From: Candidatus Kaiserbacteria bacterium
Lineage (GTDB): Bacteria > Patescibacteriota > Minisyncoccia > Phycocordibacterales > UBA918
Assembly: GCA_020428685.1 (NCBI GenBank)
Contig: JAGQMJ010000001.1
Location: 1 to 62,826 of the forward strand
DNA length: 62,826 bases
Reading direction: 5' to 3'
The notes under the pieces were generated by a model. It was not told the origin of the DNA and searched no databases. It saw only the letters and a program-made list of their open reading frames with translations. Positions 60,637 through 62,826 of the stretch are shown one piece after another. The translations under genes were made by a program, and so were the position numbers. Positions within the stretch are counted from its first letter, which is position 1. The number at the start of each line of letters is the position of its first letter.

Positions 60637-61439
60637 CTTAAGATCGTCCCTATTTTTTGTGTCATTGCTGGAGAAGAGTTAGGATTTGGTATAGTCACAA
60701 TGCCGTAGCCTATAAAACTACCATCTTTTTTATTGGTTCTAACTTTTGACTTTAGATATTTTTTATAAAGATTCGCCGAAGTTTCATAACCTCGCAGAGT
60801 AGCGCTTACTGCACCAATAATAAAATCGCTGATCTGTATACCTATATTCAAGTTTGAAAACTCAATGAAAAGATTATCTACAATTAAATTATAGTCTTTA
60901 ATAAATGAGTCACTATTTATTATTTCTTTATAGACATCTTTTTTAATTTTGTCATCTTTGCTTGTATTTTCGTTCTCATGTACAAGAATGGTTACGAATT
61001 TTTCATCTTGACCTGCAAACTGACACCTCTGCATTAAGTTTTGAAGCTGCATTTTCACAAATGAATCTTGCTTTTTAATAAACTTAACAACTTCAGTCCT
61101 CTCGGACACATTTATTATTACTTTAATATCAAACTCAGCAACAATCTTGAAAAATGAATCAAGATAAGTCTCTAGCTGTTCAATTGAAAACTTTTCTAAA
61201 TAGCCCAATTCTGGACTTAATCTCTTTTTATTTCTCTTCAAATAAATTGCAATAGATATGTGAGACCATTTAATTTCAACGATCTCATTAAACGAGTCTT
61301 TATTTAATTTCTTGATACGTCTATTTAGTTTTAGGTATTCATGTACGTCAATTAAAAAGCCACCACGTAGCAACCACTCCTGGTCATTATTTAGCGTTCC
61401 TTGTTCATCAATAAAAAAGAATCGTGTGCTATTAGCCAT
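60633..61439 (-). CDS. DUF3800-domain protein
   Basis: 268 aa with N-terminal FFFIDEQGTL (the DUF3800 DE.G motif). The gene is AT-rich with Lys/Asn/Ile-biased composition. Confidence 0.6.
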   Translation of the reverse strand: MANSTRFFFIDEQGTLNNDQEWLLRGGFLIDVHEYLKLNRRIKKLNKDSFNEIVEIKWSHISIAIYLKRNKKRLSPELGYLEKFSIEQLETYLDSFFKIVAEFDIKVIINVSERTEVVKFIKKQDSFVKMQLQNLMQRCQFAGQDEKFVTILVHENENTSKDDKIKKDVYKEIINSDSFIKDYNLIVDNLFIEFSNLNIGIQISDFIIGAVSATLRGYETSANLYKKYLKSKVRTNKKDGSFIGYGIVTIPNPNSSPAMTQKIGTILS

Positions 61440-61466
61440 ACATAAGACACATTATACTTCTAAAAT

Positions 61467-61491
61467 AAAAAGCACGGTAAACGTGCTTTTT
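61467..61491 (-). terminator. Intrinsic terminator downstream of tRNA-Ser
   Basis: AAAAAGCACG-GTAAA-CGTGCTTTTT. Confidence 0.7.
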
Positions 61492-61533
61492 GAATTTCTA
61501 AGGTAGTCGGGTCACACCGATACTTAGTTGTCT

Positions 61534-61623
61534 TGGCGGAGAGAGAGGGATTCGAACCCTCGAAGAGCTTTCACCCTTAACGGTTTTCAAGACCGCCGCC
61601 TTCAACCACTCAGCCATCTCTCC
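61534..61623 (-). tRNA. tRNA-Ser (anticodon UGA), class II, CCA encoded
   Basis: GGAGAGATGGCTGAGTGGTTGAAGGC..., anticodon loop CTTGAAA, long variable arm, and T arm GAGGG-TTCGAAT-CCCTC. Confidence 0.9.
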
Positions 61624-61735
61624 ATTTTGTATTTAGTTTTGATTCTGTCTAGAATTGGTGGTGGTGACCAATTCGGAAAAGATAGTAACAGAATATAAGT
61701 GAAATGTACACAGTTACTGTGTTACAATTTTGGAA

Positions 61736-62206
61736 ATGGAACAAACACCTAGAAGTATCGCCTGGGAAGCACCAGGACATCATCATGTAGAGAAGGGGAA
61801 TGATTGGTTTTTTGCCTTAGCTATTATCATAGTCGCCTTGGTTATTGTGGCTATTTTGTTCGATAATATGATCATTTCAGTATTGGTCGGACTTGCTGGA
61901 ACTACGCTGGCTATCTCAGCTGCAAAAAAGCCAGCCGTGATCCCTTTCTCGGTTTCGGTGCGTGGTGTAAAGATAGATGACAGACTTTATCCATTCTCAG
62001 AGATAGATGGCTATCATATTGATGAAGAAGACCATAAGGGGCCTCAGTTACTGCTTAGGTCTAGTCGTAAAATCATGCCATTGCTGGTGATGCCTATTCC
62101 AGTCGATTACATTGATGATATTGAAGACCTCCTAAAAGATAGGGTTAAGGAAGAGAAGCTGGAAGAACCATTGCTGGTAAAAATACTGGAATTATTTGGA
62201 TTTTAG
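61736..62206 (+). CDS. Small two-TM membrane protein with a cytoplasmic C-terminal domain, family unknown
   Basis: ATG at 61736, WEAPGHHHVEKGNDWFFALAIIIVALVIVAILF, and an acidic C-terminus. Confidence 0.55.
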   Translation: MEQTPRSIAWEAPGHHHVEKGNDWFFALAIIIVALVIVAILFDNMIISVLVGLAGTTLAISAAKKPAVIPFSVSVRGVKIDDRLYPFSEIDGYHIDEEDHKGPQLLLRSSRKIMPLLVMPIPVDYIDDIEDLLKDRVKEEKLEEPLLVKILELFGF

Positions 62207-62240
62207 GGTATTATTCTGCGCACGTTACTTTGTAGCGGTT

Positions 62241-62315
62241 GCTCCCGTAGTTTAATGGATAAAATATTGGTTTGCGGTACCAGTGCTCCAGGTTCGATTC
62301 CTGGCGGGAGCACCA
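62241..62315 (+). tRNA. tRNA-Arg (anticodon GCG by hand folding), CCA encoded
   Basis: The acceptor is GCTCCCG/CGGGAGC and the D arm is GTTT/AAAT. The anticodon stem is TTGGT/ACCAG with loop TTGCGGT. The T arm is CCAGG-TTCGATT-CCTGG. Confidence 0.75.
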
Positions 62316-62321
62316 ACAGCC

Positions 62322-62350
62322 GACCCCGATGCGCATGCATCGGGGTCTTT
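62322..62350 (+). terminator. tRNA-Arg intrinsic terminator
   Basis: GACCCCGATGC-GCAT-GCATCGGGGTC followed by TTT. Confidence 0.75.
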
Positions 62351-62486
62351 GCTGATGGTAGCTACTGACAGAAATCGAACCGAGTCGCGACGAAGTCCAC
62401 AGGCGAAGCCGAGGACCGCGACGAGTGGAGGTCAATGGAGTGAGATATTTTGTGACGACAGGAAACAAAATATCCACGAGAGTGAC

Positions 62487-62505
62487 CGATTCCTGGCGGG
62501 AGCAC
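62487..62505 (+). repeat. 19-nt direct repeat of the tRNA-Arg 3' end (att-like scar)
   Basis: CGATTCCTGGCGGGAGCAC is identical at 62295-62313 (inside the tRNA) and at 62487-62505. Confidence 0.9.
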
Positions 62506-62534
62506 GTAGCAGAATCAGAGCGAAGCGAATGATT

Positions 62535-62577
62535 ATGGTTAGATAAAATTTTCTGGGAGAAAGTTTTATCTAACCAT
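62535..62577. other. 14-bp-stem hairpin just beyond the repeat
   Basis: ATGGTTAGATAAAA-loop-TTTTATCTAACCAT. Confidence 0.6.
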
Positions 62578-62664
62578 CAATAAACCAGCCTTGTGATCTT
62601 CAGGACGATTTGACCACCGAGACACGGCTTTATTTGATTACTATATCCATGCTATCCTAACCTT

Positions 62665-62826
62665 ATGAAAAGAATCGGAATTGACTTTGGAACAAAAAAA
62701 ATCGGTATCGCTGTATCAGATGAATCTGGTCAAATGGCTTTCCCGCACGAAGTTGTGCCAAACAATAAAGATTTCATGTCATACATAGAAAAACTTATTC
62801 AGTCCCGCCAAGTTGAGGAAGTAGTT
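62665..62826 (+). CDS. ruvX: Putative pre-16S rRNA nuclease / Holliday junction resolvase-like RuvX (YqgF), 3'-truncated by the window edge
   Basis: MKRIGIDFGTKKIGIAVSDESGQMAFPHEVV is the typical YqgF N-terminus. Confidence 0.8.
   Translation, partial: MKRIGIDFGTKKIGIAVSDESGQMAFPHEVVPNNKDFMSYIEKLIQSRQVEEVV

Larger units (their letters stand above)
60209..61533. mobile_element. AT-rich decayed integrative islet abutting tRNA-Ser
   Basis: Visibly AT-richer than its flanks. It is bounded by a terminator and the 3' end of tRNA-Ser, and holds a recombinase-tail-like remnant plus a DUF3800 gene. Confidence 0.35.

Noticed and set aside
62241-62505. The idea that the tRNA-like duplication is a tmRNA, a split/permuted tRNA, or a T-loop intron.
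   Set aside because: The acceptor stem has U3-A70, not the G3-U70 alanine identity of tmRNA, and no tag-like ORF ending in Ala-Ala is present. The second copy lacks a 5' T-stem partner (GTGAC instead of CCAGG). The first copy is already a complete tRNA with encoded CCA and its own terminator.
62211-62546. Two overlapping ORFs of about 88 aa on opposite strands (62211-62477 minus, 62283-62546 plus).
   Set aside because: They run across the tRNA-Arg gene, its terminator and the GC-rich insert. Their Arg/Pro/Ser-rich translations are typical of GC-rich non-coding sequence.
1-62826. Alternative genetic code (UGA recoding, as in some CPR lineages).
   Set aside because: Long family-assignable ORFs are uninterrupted under the standard code. 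TGA terminates rsmA at the expected protein length (15740-15742).
1-62826. CRISPR arrays, rRNA genes, intact IS elements, reverse transcriptases/DGRs, toxin-antitoxin pairs.
   Set aside because: No regularly spaced direct repeats, no rRNA-like sequence, and no transposase, RT or small paired-ORF signatures were seen when reading the intergenic regions and the ORF list.

Overview
This window looks like the replication-origin neighbourhood of a small-genome bacterium that uses the standard genetic code. TGA acts as a stop (for example at the end of rsmA), and long ORFs are not fragmented. The gene content suggests a Candidate Phyla Radiation / Patescibacteria-type organism, but that is inference only. 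The supporting traits are a short YidC, an N-terminally reduced Mur ligase, a DUF721 gene after dnaN, a PrgI/VirB4/VirB6/T4SS-pilin cluster, and many signal-anchored orphan proteins.

Core content:
- Origin and replication: rpmH-rnpA-yidC, dnaA-oriC-dnaN-DUF721, polA, holA-like.
- RNA and translation: rpsO, pnp, rsmA, tyrS, tsaE, rpsT, a TrmH-family methylase.
- Recombination and repair: xer-type recombinase, comM/yifB, pcrA/uvrD, ruvC-yebC-ruvB, ruvA, ruvX (partial).
- Envelope: LysM/M23 hydrolase, class A PBP, a PilB-type ATPase, a MurE-like ligase, an Lnt-like protein.
- Transport: an MFP+RND efflux pair and a DtxR/MntR-regulated metal ABC importer.
- Three tRNAs: Lys-UUU, Ser-UGA, Arg-GCG.

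Most interesting region: a 12.6-kb, origin-proximal, same-strand cluster at 15852-28425. It encodes a minimal T4SS-like apparatus plus six or seven unassignable envelope proteins.
- Recognisable parts are a VirB4 ATPase, a stand-alone VirB4-N-terminal-like protein, a PrgI/TcpE-like protein, a VirB6/TrbL-like protein, and a VirB2-like pilin.
- The pilin carries an 8-Cys C-terminal extension.
- There is no coupling protein, relaxase or integrase in or beside the cluster.

Secondary leads:
- A promoter-driven rod-shaped candidate sRNA (39.2 kb).
- A 103-nt nested inverted-repeat element in a 450-nt gap (14.7 kb).
- Two back-to-back candidate cis-regulatory leaders (11.3-11.85 kb).
- A tRNA-flanked, AT-rich decayed islet with a DUF3800 gene and a recombinase-tail remnant (60.2-61.5 kb).
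- A 19-nt duplication of the tRNA-Arg 3' end (62.3-62.5 kb).

No CRISPR array, rRNA gene or intact transposase was seen. All family assignments come from motif recognition by eye; no searches were run.
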